A stretch of DNA of 63,982 nucleotides, filler included, from Octopus bimaculoides (taxonomy: Eukaryota): NCBI RefSeq assembly GCF_001194135.2. It is 5 parts of 4 records of this genome, joined end to end, with 100 filler letters (N's around TTAATTAATTAA, not from the genome) between each part and the next. Parts side by side here need not be neighbours in the genome. Positions count along the whole stretch, not along the records: positions 1 to 21,855 come from NC_068987.1; 4 more parts are not named here. One strand, written 5' to 3'. The notes under the pieces were generated by a model that made no database searches, was not told the origin of the DNA, and saw only the letters and a program-made list of their open reading frames with translations. The position numbers were made by a program, and so were the translations under genes. Positions within the stretch are counted from its first letter, which is position 1. Each line of letters opens with the position of its first letter. Positions 11,274 through 21,955 of this stretch are shown piece by piece.

Positions 11274-11729
11274 NNNNNNNNNNNNNNNNNNNNNNNNNNN
11301 NNNNNNNNNNNNNNNNNNNNNNNNNNNNNNNNNNNNNNNNNNNNNNNNNNNNNNNNNNNNNNNNNNNNNNNNNNNNNNNNNNNNNNNNNNNNNNNNNNNN
11401 NNNNNNNNNNNNNNNNNNNNNNNNNNNNNNNNNNNNNNNNNNNNNNNNNNNNNNNNNNNNNNNNNNNNNNNNNNNNNNNNNNNNNNNNNNNNNNNNNNNN
11501 NNNNNNNNNNNNNNNNNNNNNNNNNNNNNNNNNNNNNNNNNNNNNNNNNNNNNNNNNNNNNNNNNNNNNNNNNNNTCTTAAACATTCTCTAGAACAACAC
11601 TATATACAAATCCAAATATATGGTACCCTAGGCATAACACCTACATGAACTTCTAACTTGTTGTCTCTTGAGGTCTCTGGGTGAGACTTGGATCCAACTT
11701 GTACAAATGCCAAGCAAAAGTCAAACATA

Positions 11730-11730
11730 A

Positions 11731-11786
<56 letters not shown>

Positions 11787-11787
11787 T
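11730..11787. repeat. (AAT)n microsatellite
   Basis: Directly visible. Confidence 0.95.
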
Positions 11788-11838
11788 AACTTTGAAAAAT
11801 ACCTCAGGAATGAGGGGCCAGGTTCGAAATTTCCCCAA

Positions 11839-11884
11839 GACACCTGATGAAGGCTGGAGGGTATATCAGCCGAAACGTTGTGCT
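11839..11884 (+). ncRNA. Minimal type I hammerhead ribozyme, intact catalytic core
   Basis: GACAC / CUGAUGA / extra A / stem II GGCUG-10 nt-CAGCC / GAA / palindromic ACGU as stem III / U17 / GUGCU. Predicted cut after GUU at 11879. Confidence 0.75.
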
Positions 11885-12238
11885 AACAACAAACAAGATG
11901 AGGACAAATGTCCGTCAAATGTAAATAATATACATCTCTTAAATATAGAACTGTATTATGCTTCCTTTCTTCAATAACTGACCTAAGTGACCATTATTAA
12001 TCATCTGGCAATATTAGGGGAGGAATGAAACTTTCTCAAAAAATAAAAAATGTCAACATTATCTCGTGGTCTTGCGTTCGAATCCATCTGGAATCTAGTA
12101 TCGTAATTTTTATTTGCGCATGTATGGCCAATAATTTTAGGTGGGATTCAATCCAAAACCATATGCTTGGGAAAATGTCCTCTACTACAGCCCGGGGTGG
12201 ACGAAAACTGAAGCACGTCATGTGTGTGTGTGTGCGTG

Positions 12239-12280
<42 letters not shown>

Positions 12281-12289
12281 GTGTGTGTA

Positions 12290-12500
12290 ACTTTGCGTTT
12301 GTGTTTGTCCCCAGCGCTTTACAACCAGTGTTGGTTGTTTACTTCCTCGTAACTCACCGGTTTGCCAATAAGAGAATCAACAGAATAAATACCAGGCTTT
12401 AACAAAAATAAGTCCCGCGATCGATTTGTTCAACTAAAATCCTTCAAGACAGTATTGTAGCCTGACCTTAGTCAAATGACTGAAACAAGTGAATGGAAAG
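12290..12500 (+). mobile_element. SINE family A, diverged 3' half
   Basis: Ends in GTCAAATGACTGAAACAAGT, as do the full copies at 34071, 45102 and 48640. Confidence 0.8.
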
Positions 12501-13139
12501 AGACGAAAGAAAATGTGACATACTTTCTATCTTCATTTTGTCCATGTCCTTTTACAACGGAAGTGCACAAATAAGAAGACTTCCGATTCCTTCTGGCTTA
12601 GTTATTCTAAAGAATGGATTGCACTTATACAAGAAATTATCTGATGAAGACCTTGTCATATTANNNNNNNNNNNNNNNNNNNNNNNNNNNNNNNNNNNNN
12701 NNNNNNNNNNNNNNNNNNNNNNNNNNNNNNNNNNNNNNNNNNNNNNNNNNNNNNNNNNNNNNNNNNNNNNNNNNNNNNNNNNNNNNNNNNNNNNNNNNNN
12801 NNNNNNNNNNNNNNNNNNNNNNNNNNNNNNNNNNNNNNNNNNNNNNNNNNNNNNNNNNNNNNNNNNNNNNNNNNNNNNNNNNNNNNNNNNNNNNNNNNNN
12901 NNNNNNNNNNATATATGTATATCATTGCTATGATGTTAAACTATCGTATGTCCAAATTTAGCCAAATGTGTTTTTTTCCAATATTTATTTATGCTTGCAA
13001 TAGCCGGTTCTATCGCATCTCCAGCTGCTTCAGATGCCAAGATATCAAAAATTGTCAAAGTGTAGTACAACAATTTTGTTATGGAATGGTGAAACTATTT
13101 TTCGTTTTCTGAAAAAGCAAATTTTTGAACTTACGACAC

Positions 13140-14415
13140 TTGCATAATAGTAACGATAGCCGAAAATCCACTAGTCTAAATAAATCAAGGACTATTTGAA
13201 GGACATCCTGATTCCCTATATAAAGATTCCCAGACCATCTGATCTTAAATTAAGACGAATTGTAGCAGGACCAGCATCAAACACACAAAGACTAAGCAAC
13301 TTGCTTGACACAATTCTAAAACCTTTATGTAAATTGATCCCTAGTTTTATTAGCGATGATATGGATTTCCTAAACCACATTCCAAAAAGAGAGAACAAAG
13401 AAACTATATTAGTCAGTTTTGATGCTGTCAGCCTCTACACCAATATCCTCCATAACTTATGATGAGAAGCAGTAGAGTTCTGGATACACAAACACCCACA
13501 AGGAATCCAAGAAAGATTCTCCAAGGAGTTCATACTTGAAGGGCAACAGCTAATACTAGAAAATAACTACTTCTTCTTTGACAACCAATACTACCTACAA
13601 ATACATGGGACTGCGATGGGTACCAGGGTAGCTCCTACACTTGCCACACTAGTAATAGATTATTTGGAAGAAGAACTCTACTGCTTATCTCATATTTCTT
13701 TTGGCCAAAACTTCCACTCATACCTTGTAGGAAACCGGAAAAGATACTTGGATGACTGCTTTATATTCTGGAAAAGAAGTAAGGACCTTAAAAAAATTTT
13801 GAACTAATAAACAGCGTCCATGAATCAATCCAATTCATTATGGAAATGAATGAAAGGGAACTCCCCTTCCTAGGTATCTTAATAATTAAAAATAATGAGA
13901 TTATAACAACTGATCTCTATTACAAAAACACAGATACACACTAATATTTAGACTTTAGATCTTGCAATCCTTTCCATACAAAAAGATACATACCCTTTAA
14001 TATGGCAAAACGAATATGTACAGTGGTTTCGGAGATAAATAGAAGAGAAAGACGACTTGTAGAGCTTAACTTGTTCCTTGAAAAACAAAAATACCCCACC
14101 AAACTAATAGACCGAGCGATAACTGAAGTTAAAAATATCCCAATCTCTACACTTAGAAGGAAAAACAGTCACGCTGGGAAAATGAACTTAAAATATCCCA
14201 TTTGTTATCATTCACAATCCCAGGAACCACAATATTCTACAAACAGCCAAACGCCTTCTACCAATTCTACACCAGTCCCCATGTCTCCGATAAATAATCA
14301 AGGAACAACAAATAATCAACAGTCGAAGGCATCCACCAAATCTTAAGAAACTTCTAGCGAAAGCAAGATTTANNNNNNNNNNATCTGAAGAAACTTCTAA
14401 CGAAAGCAAGATTTA
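13140..14415 (+). mobile_element. Second-family Penelope-like reverse transcriptase, disrupted
   Basis: LRRIVAGPASNTQRLS, LVSFDAVSLYTNI, YLQIHGTAMGTRVAP, RYLDDCFIFW, LPFLGILI, IPFNMAKRICTVVS, KYPTKLID; in-frame stops present. Confidence 0.93.
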
Positions 14416-15478
14416 CATCAGAAGAAACAATGCAAGGACAATAACCCCCTGAGGACAATCGATGATGATTTAAAATTTTTTAATATATTGGAAGTGGGGG
14501 TAATTATCCTAGGGGTAGTTGCTATCGGGAAGAATTTCCTATGGGGGGGGGATTGTCCTGGGGTTGGGTAATTGTCCTGATACGTATAACACACATGCAC
14601 ACGTGTTAAACAGATGGATGCATTTTGCATACTTTTCGAAAAGCCCGTAATCTATCTCATTTTGGTCTTGCATGTTTTGGGAAGTATAAGCGATTGCAAT
14701 TATTGCACCATTTCTTAATGTTGTGCACTTTGACCACTTTCACCATTCCATATAATGATATCTGCAGCGCGATAATTCAATTTGTGACTAGTTGATAACT
14801 TTTAAATCTCCCCCTCTCTCTGTCTCTCTCTCTTACCTGTTTATATCTATGTATATGTCTAGCTATCTACATCTATACCTAAATCAGTATATTAGAGGCA
14901 ATTTCTGGCACATAGGCCAGTGCATGTAATGTTAAATCGCCATAGTCATATGAAACCTTTCAGATGTATCGTATTACGTACAAAATTTGTAACAATTCTC
15001 ATACACGGTGATCAATTATAAAATTTAAGCTTATAAAATATTATTATTATTATCATTTACAGAATTGTAAAAAATCGAATTTAATTACAGTTCATGATGT
15101 TATTCTTGATTCAGTCGAGTTTTTGGTAGAACAAACGATCCCCAGCTTGAATTGTAATCAAAATTTCAATGGGTTGCCCACATCGATACAATATAATTGA
15201 AAAGAAACCTCTTTCTCTCTCTGTCACTCTTCCCTTCCTCTTTGCTTTTCTTTCCCTTTCTCTTTTGTCCTACTCCCTATCTTCCCCTCTTTCTCCTTTT
15301 CTCCAAAATATAAAATTTCTCTTCGATTCATATGAAAGAAACTCTCTGTTTTATTATCTTGGTATTATCTTGAAGAGTTCGGTTAAATGAACGAAAGCGC
15401 TAATAAAAAATTATCCAAAATTCTGACTGCCTCCTTTTTCTTAATATACAATATTTTTACACCACTTAAACACTCTAT

Positions 15479-15531
<53 letters not shown>

Positions 15532-15999
15532 CATATAAAAAATGGAACAAGAACGCAACAGATGACAAAACATCCGGACAGATAAAGGATACAAAGACGG
15601 ACAAGAAGAACAACAAAAGGACGGACAGTAAAAAACAAGGACGGATCATTCGCAGTCTTCTCTCGTCAGTCAAGTTTCCACATCATCCATACAGTTTCGG
15701 CCTGTTACACTCGAGACCTTTCAAATCTGGCTGTCCCTAAAAATCTAAGCTATGAGCATTAAATATTTTGGGAGAAAGCAAGCGAATATTTACGATAACA
15801 AAGACAAAATATTCGATAAAAAAGAAACTGAGAAAATGTTGCGCAATTACAAATACAAGCAACAAAGAAATAACAGCAGGCGTCTTTCGACTAATAGAGA
15901 CGAATCAAATTGAGCCGGCATGTGTGGAGTGAAAGCCTTGAGGCAGGAACATTAATGAACAGAGCAGATGAAAATCATGAGACGGAAATATAAGAGATG

Positions 16000-16065
16000 C
16001 TTCACGTCTGACAGTCACGACAAGAAAGAAAGATCATGCCTGGCCGAACACCGGTCACGTGGAAG
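16000..16065 (+). ncRNA. Degenerate hammerhead-like motif of a different family
   Basis: CUUCACGU-CUGACA-GUCA...UGGC-CGAAC-ACCGGUC-ACGUGGAAG: stem I directly flanks the core, with a GUC triplet and palindromic ACCGGU. G8 is missing and there are extra Cs. Confidence 0.4.
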
Positions 16066-16137
16066 GAAATATTAAACTGTATATCTATCTACCCATCGCT
16101 CTCTTCTTCTCCCCCTCTCTCTTCATATAAATATGTG

Positions 16138-16262
16138 TGTGTTGCGCGTGTCTGTGTTTGTCTCCCAACCCTGTTTGACAACAAGTGTTGGAGTGTTTAC
16201 ATGTCCGTAATGTAGGGGCTCAGCAAAACTGACCGAGTGACCGATAGAATAAATAAATAAAT
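16138..16262 (+). mobile_element. SINE family A fragment
   Basis: TCTGTGTTTGTC..CCC...TTGACAAC...GTGTTTAC...CGATAGAATAA. Confidence 0.7.
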
Positions 16263-16279
16263 GTAAATATATATGTATG

Positions 16280-16320
<41 letters not shown>

Positions 16321-16689
16321 NNNNNNNNNNNNNNNNNNNNNNNNNNNNNNNNNNNNNNNNNNNNNNNNNNNNNNNNNNNNNNNNNNNNNNNNNNNNNNNN
16401 NNNNNNNNNNNNNNNNNNNNNNNNNNNNNNNNNNNNNNNNNNNNNNNNNNNNNNNNNNNNNNNNNNNNNNNNNNNNNNNNNNNNNNNNNNNNNNNNNNNN
16501 NNNNNNNNNNNNNNNNNNNNNNNNNNNNNNNNNNNNNNNNNNNNNNNNNNNNATATATTGTGTTCGATTCATTAGACTAAAAATTCTTCAAGGCGGTACC
16601 CCTGACAAAAATTAAAAGACGAAAGATAAGATATAAGAGGTACCTCCCGAGCGATAGGAACATAAGGCAGATTTTCCAGGTTTTGTGGT

Positions 16690-16835
16690 GTATGTATTCC
16701 CCACCATCACCTCTACCACAGGTCTGTCGCACGATTACTCATTTTTGCCAGTTGATTGAACTGGAGGAATGTGAAATGAAGTGTTTTGCTCAAGAACACA
16801 ATGCATCGCCCGTTCCAGGAATCTTACGATCATAA
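16690..16835 (-). mobile_element. SINE family C fragment
   Basis: Minus-strand GTGTTCTTGAGCAAAACACTTCATTTCAC core shared with 26540, 43980, 45985 and 54040. Confidence 0.7.
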
Positions 16836-18000
16836 ATGCAATACACTAACAGCTAAACCACGCACCTCCACGCGCAAGATATACTCCATGTGTGTATGTG
16901 TGTGTATGTGTGTATGTGTGTGTGTACACATGTACATATAAATGCATACGCACACACACACCATATATATATACATACAAATACAGAATAAATACACACA
17001 CACATACATTGTGTGGGTGTACCGTTAGTAGACAAGAAACAAAATTCGGCTCGCTTACGTTCTATTCGATTTATATATTCAACCTCTAATAACAGATTTC
17101 TATTTGAAGTAAAGCAGCTCGGGGACTTTTTCCTTTTATATAAGCTGAAGAAAAATGTCATCAGTATAATTAAAATATCTCACAAACATAGCTTAAATTG
17201 AATACATGTATATCTTCTTTATATTTTCACAGTCAACATTAATTCTTTCTCTTTTTTATTTCAAATAGATATTGGTCACAACACNNNNNNNNNNNNNNNN
17301 NNNNNNNNNNNNNNNNNNNNNNNNNNNNNNNNNNNNNNNNNNNNNNNNNNNNNNNNNNNNNNNNNNNNNNNNNNNNNNNNNNNNNNNNNNNNNNNNNNNN
17401 NNNNNNNNNNNNNNNNNNNNNNNNNNNNNNNNNNNNNNNNNNNNNNNNNNNNNNNNNNNNNNNNNNNNNNNNNNNNNNNNNNNNNNNNNNNNNNNNNNNN
17501 NNNNNNNNNNNNNNNNNNNNNNNNNNNNNNNNNNNNNNNNNNNNNNNNNNNNNNNNNNNNNNNNNNNNNNNNNNNNNNNNNNNNNNNNNNNNNNNNNNNN
17601 NNNNNNNNNNNNNNNNNNNNNNNNNNNNNNNNNNNNNNNNNNNNNNNNNNNNNNNNNNNNNNNNNNNNNNNNNNNNNNNNNNNNNNNNNNNNNNNNNNNN
17701 NNNNNNNNNNNNNNNNNNNNNNNNNNNNNNNNNNNNNNNNNNNNNNNNNNNNNNNNNNNNNNNNNNNNNNNNNNNNNNNNNNNNNNNNNNNNNNNNNNNN
17801 NNNNNNNNNNNNNNNNNNNNNNNNNNNNNNNNNNNNNNNNNNNNNNNNNNNNNNNNNNNNNNNNNNNNNNNNNNNNNNNNNNNNNNNNNNNNNNNNNNNN
17901 NNNNNNNNNNNNNNNNNNNNNNNNNNNNNNNNNNNNNNNNNNNNNNNNNNNNNNNNNNNNNNNNNNNNNNNNNNNNNNNNNNNNNNNNNNNNNNNNNNNN

Positions 18001-18290
18001 AAATGTTCTGGGAGACTCGCAACCCGCAGAACTGAGAAAAACATCGCAGATGTGCGTGCAGCTGTGAGGGGAAATCGTCGAATCACCATCCGTGATTTAT
18101 CAGAGGATGTGCAGATTAGTTACAGTTCAGTTCAGTTCAGTCCATTATCACTGAAGATTTGGGTGAGACGCGTGTCTGCCAAGTTTATGCCAAAACTACT
18201 TCCAGCTGACCAAAAAGATACTTGGGTTTCAGTTGCACAAGATCTCCTTGATTGTATCGAGAACGATGAAAATTTTTTGAAGACTTTGAA
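18001..18290 (+). mobile_element. Mariner transposase internal fragment
   Basis: SGRLATRRTEKNIADVRAAVRGNRRITIRDLSEDVQIS...RRVSAKFMPKLLPADQK..VSVAQDLLD...FLKT. Confidence 0.9.
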
Positions 18291-18547
18291 TAGGCCTCTG
18301 AGCAGGAATCACCAACCCTTTGGCAAAGTTTGATACACATTCTCTGCTCAACTCTCTCTGTCACGGTCAATGCGACGATCACATGATACACACGTTACTT
18401 CCAACAGTGGAAGTGAGCTAGAATGTTAAAACTTTGTGAGCATGCACAGGATAGTTTAAGGTCAATTTGTGCCAAACGGCTTCACTCTACATGCTTTAGC
18501 CTCGTTACAATGGCAACAGTCCGGGTACTTATTGATCAGACCACGTA
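18291..18547 (-). mobile_element. Mariner 5' end with TIR, inverted relative to the adjacent fragment
   Basis: TIR TACGTGGTCTGATCAATAAGTACCCGGACT at 18547 and ERVEQRMCIKLCQRVGDSCSEAYSK; homologous to 54489-54810. Confidence 0.85.
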
Positions 18548-19785
18548 TATGAATATATATGTATATATATTGATGAGGGTGTGAATAGTGACAAAATGTC
18601 TCTGACAACCCAAATGGCTGATGGATTAGTCGAACGGTTTATCAATTAATCGATTAGTTAATTGGTTGACTGACCAATAATAATGATTTCTGTTATGTTT
18701 GATAATGGTGATTTCTTTCAAGTAAGATATAACCAGTGCGTTTCTTTCCATATTGGTAAAAGGATTCCCCTAAGACACGACATCTGTTTCCTAATACAAT
18801 ATTTAACTTGCAAAACCAGCGCATGAATGAAATAATATATTAATGTAGAACTTAACCAAAATGGGAGTCGAAACCAAAGCTATTATATTAGCTGTAACAT
18901 AGTTATGTTCCAAGCAGAGTTAGTCATTTAATTGTTACTTAATGAGAAATTTAGTGGAATCATGTAAGATACAGCCTGAAAATCTTATTAAGAAAACATT
19001 GAGTTTTCAAAATTATATTTAAAAGTCTTAGTGTTTAAATCTCACATTTTGTTTAACAGATTTTGATATTTCTATGTATTTTCTGAGTAATTCCTATTTC
19101 TGTATTATCTTAACTAATGCTAATTAAAGCGTTTTCCGGCTTACTTTATCATTTTAAAATACAAAGATGGAAAATTTTGATGCAAACAATATAACTAAGT
19201 CACAAACAGTTTGAACGACTAAAATATAACACATTTTGTTCATTCTGCATTTGCATCTCTCTAGTTTGTATTTAAACTTTAATTAATTCAACAATAAAGT
19301 TTTGTTTATTTGATGAAATTGTAATTTCTATCCTTTTTAATAAAAGCCAATTTATCTAACAGTTTTATGCAATAATTTCCATTTTTTCTTTTTTTTTTTT
19401 TTTTGAGAAATTAATTAGGATGCACTTAAGATTATAAAAACTATAATTTTGGTTTTGAATACTGACTAGCAAGTGAAGTGTAGACACACATAAAACAAAA
19501 CAGTATATTACACACAAATTTTACAATAGCACACAGTATATGTTTTTTTTTATACGATTAACTCAATAATTTTTTTATTACCAAGTTTTCTTTCTAAAAT
19601 AAAAAAAAATAATGCTTTTGAGAGTTACTAACAAATGCCTCTAGTTTTTAATTTTCTGATTCCCACTCAGAAAGAATTTTTATTCAATGACTACCTGTTA
19701 TTAGGCCTCTTTTCGTGTTGATTTTTAACTTAGACAACCAACTACGTAAGTAGTTATAAATCAATGCCAGTATTGATTTCAAATT

Positions 19786-20095
19786 TTGGCACAAAGCCAG
19801 AAAATATGGGGTAAATGAGTAAGTCGATTAGATCAACCCAGTGTACAACTGGTACTTATTTTATCCACCCCGAAAGCGAAGTCGACCCTGGTGGAATTTG
19901 AACTCAGAAAGTAAAGGCGGATGAAATGTCGCTAAACATTTTATCCAGCATGCAAACGACTCTGCTAGCTTGATTCCTTACTCAGAAAATACTAATATTG
20001 GTTTCAAATTTTGGAATAAGGCCAGCAATTTCAGGGGAGGGGATGAGTCGATTAGATCAACTCCATTACTCAAATGGTACTTATTTTACCGACTT
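19786..20095 (-). mobile_element. SINE family B, one copy plus a second 3' fragment
   Basis: GGCACAA.GCC...AGTCGATTAGATC...CTGGTACTTATTTTA...GTCGACC..GG.GGAATTTGAACTCAGAA, shared with 24255, 28946 and 60948. Confidence 0.85.
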
Positions 20096-20614
20096 CGAAT
20101 GCTTACCGCCGTAATCAGTCAATGCTAATATACTTTATTGTTTTCCTAAATTTTTGAAGCTTTCTAACAGTTTCTCAAAAAGATGTATATGTTTGAAATC
20201 AGCTATAAAACTAGATAATATTTGTAAATTTTTATTAAAAAGTTTTCATTAAAAATGTTCTAAAAGAATAATCAAGTAATAGCTAATATCTAATAATAGT
20301 TGATGACCAAAATTTTGTGAAAATATATCTTGAAAACCTTATTGCAAAAAGGTTTCAGAAAGATTTTCAAGGTATATGTAAACAAAATTTTGGACTAATT
20401 TTTACACCAAACCGCGTTTTCGATAGAAACAAAGATTTTTGTATTTGGGTGGAAACTGTTATTTCCTAATTGCTTACCTCTGAAGGTATCAAAAATGGCT
20501 AATGTTTCCTTCAAACTTTGCTGTCCTCAAACTTGTCTCCACTTGGACAGCTAGAAGTAAACTGAACTGTTGAACTTACGATCCCTGTATTCATACTGCC
20601 ATCTATGTTGCCAA

Positions 20615-20692
20615 AACGTTCTAGAAACTCTTGAAACTTTTAGAAATTTCTCGAAAATTCTTGAAAGTTCTAGAAAGTTCTAGAAAATTCTG
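20615..20692. repeat. Degenerate 10-bp tandem repeat (CTAGAAAGTT-like)
   Basis: About seven units visible. Confidence 0.75.
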
Positions 20693-20779
20693 CTTCAGCA
20701 ACTCAGCACTAAATCCGTCGGAAATGTAATGGAAAATAGGTCAGTTTCCAAACATTGATGTCCAGGTCACAAAAGCAAA

Positions 20780-21440
20780 ATTTGAAGGGAATAGTCATTT
20801 CCTTTGATTTCTAGATAGAAGCAAATACGAAATAACACTTACTGACCAAAGACAAAAGAAAAACAATTGTTACACAGTGTTATTCATGTTAAAACACAAT
20901 AGAGGCTCAGAAAATCTCTATGGAAAGAAAATAAGGTATTGTTATAAGAAGCGAAAAAGTATTCGAAGCTGAGTGGCATATTCAAACTTATGCTTGAACT
21001 TCATCATCTGTGTTGGAGTATTACGATGTAGGAGATGAATTTAAAACCTCCATAACTAAAACTTCTTTGATTCATAATAAGTAGAAGGAATTAATGCCGA
21101 AACTACTGAGGCTGTATGTGCATAGAATCAATGTGACAAGGCAGACATTGTAGCTGAGGCGTCTGCAAGAAAATTTGATATAACAACAGAAAGACTATAC
21201 AGATTCTTTTACTATTGCAACCCAAATAACTACAAGGTGTTAGATCTCTCCTATTTTCCATATATTTCGGAGAAAAATGATTTTCGAGTTATTGGTTATT
21301 ATACAATAAATCTAATAATTTACTTTACCGCACAGCATGTCTTGCAAATAGTAAAGAACATGAAAGTAATTTGTTCATGGAGGGTACGAAAAATATGAGA
21401 GATACTTATACCATTTTTCGTGAAGGAACAATATTATTTA
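20780..21440 (+). mobile_element. Highly decayed Tc1/mariner-like transposase
   Basis: AEASARKFDITTERLYRFFYYCNPNNYKV resembles SxRKxSxxLxIxxxTxxRILxxxLxxxPYK; little else is readable. Confidence 0.35.
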
Positions 21441-21820
21441 CACTGTATTATTACACTCTGCATCAACAGCAGGTATTTGTTTAATCCTAAACATAGAAAA
21501 GCACGTTAAACTTGTTTCATTCATTTGAATAACCGCATATTATATATAACATCGCCCTTCATCAATAAATATTATCACGTCATATGAAATGTATATCATC
21601 TCCTGTAGAATAATTGAGTTATTATTGCTTAATAATTTCAATTTCGTGGAAAATCAGACACTCATTTTATTTTGATATGGAGCAAGTTAATTTAATAAGG
21701 TCACCATAATAACATTTCAACTTGATTCACTGTATTCATAATTACAGAATCACTTTCTCTCTCTATCTCTTTTCTCTCTCTCTCTCTCACTCTCTTTCTC
21801 TCCCTTTCTCTCACTCTGTT

Positions 21821-21855
<35 letters not shown>

Positions 21856-21955
21856 NNNNNNNNNNNNNNNNNNNNNNNNNNNNNNNNNNNNNNNNNNNNT
21901 TAATTAATTAANNNNNNNNNNNNNNNNNNNNNNNNNNNNNNNNNNNNNNNNNNNN
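21856..21955. other. Artificial scaffold join N44-TTAATTAATTAA-N44
   Basis: Exactly 100 bp; the 12-mer has stops in all six frames; identical structure at 33489, 50024 and 60461. Confidence 0.95.

Noticed and set aside
12638-12663. CTGATGAAGACC running into a gap
   Set aside because: The rest of a possible ribozyme is hidden by Ns; cannot be assessed.
14345-14420. Short direct repeat AGAAACTTCTA.CGAAAGCAAGATTTA
   Set aside because: It flanks a 10-N gap; unmerged contig overlap within PLE coding sequence.
15685-15735. Minus-strand GGUCU...AGGCC-GAAACUGUA hairpin
   Set aside because: No CUGANGA core and no stem I adjacent to the core.
17256-18333. ORFs of 250-350 aa
   Set aside because: They stay open only because they cross N gaps; likewise at 7.6-8.5, 11.2-11.6, 12.5-12.9, 16.1-16.6, 50.6-51.2, 52.8-53.1 and 56.5-57.2 kb.
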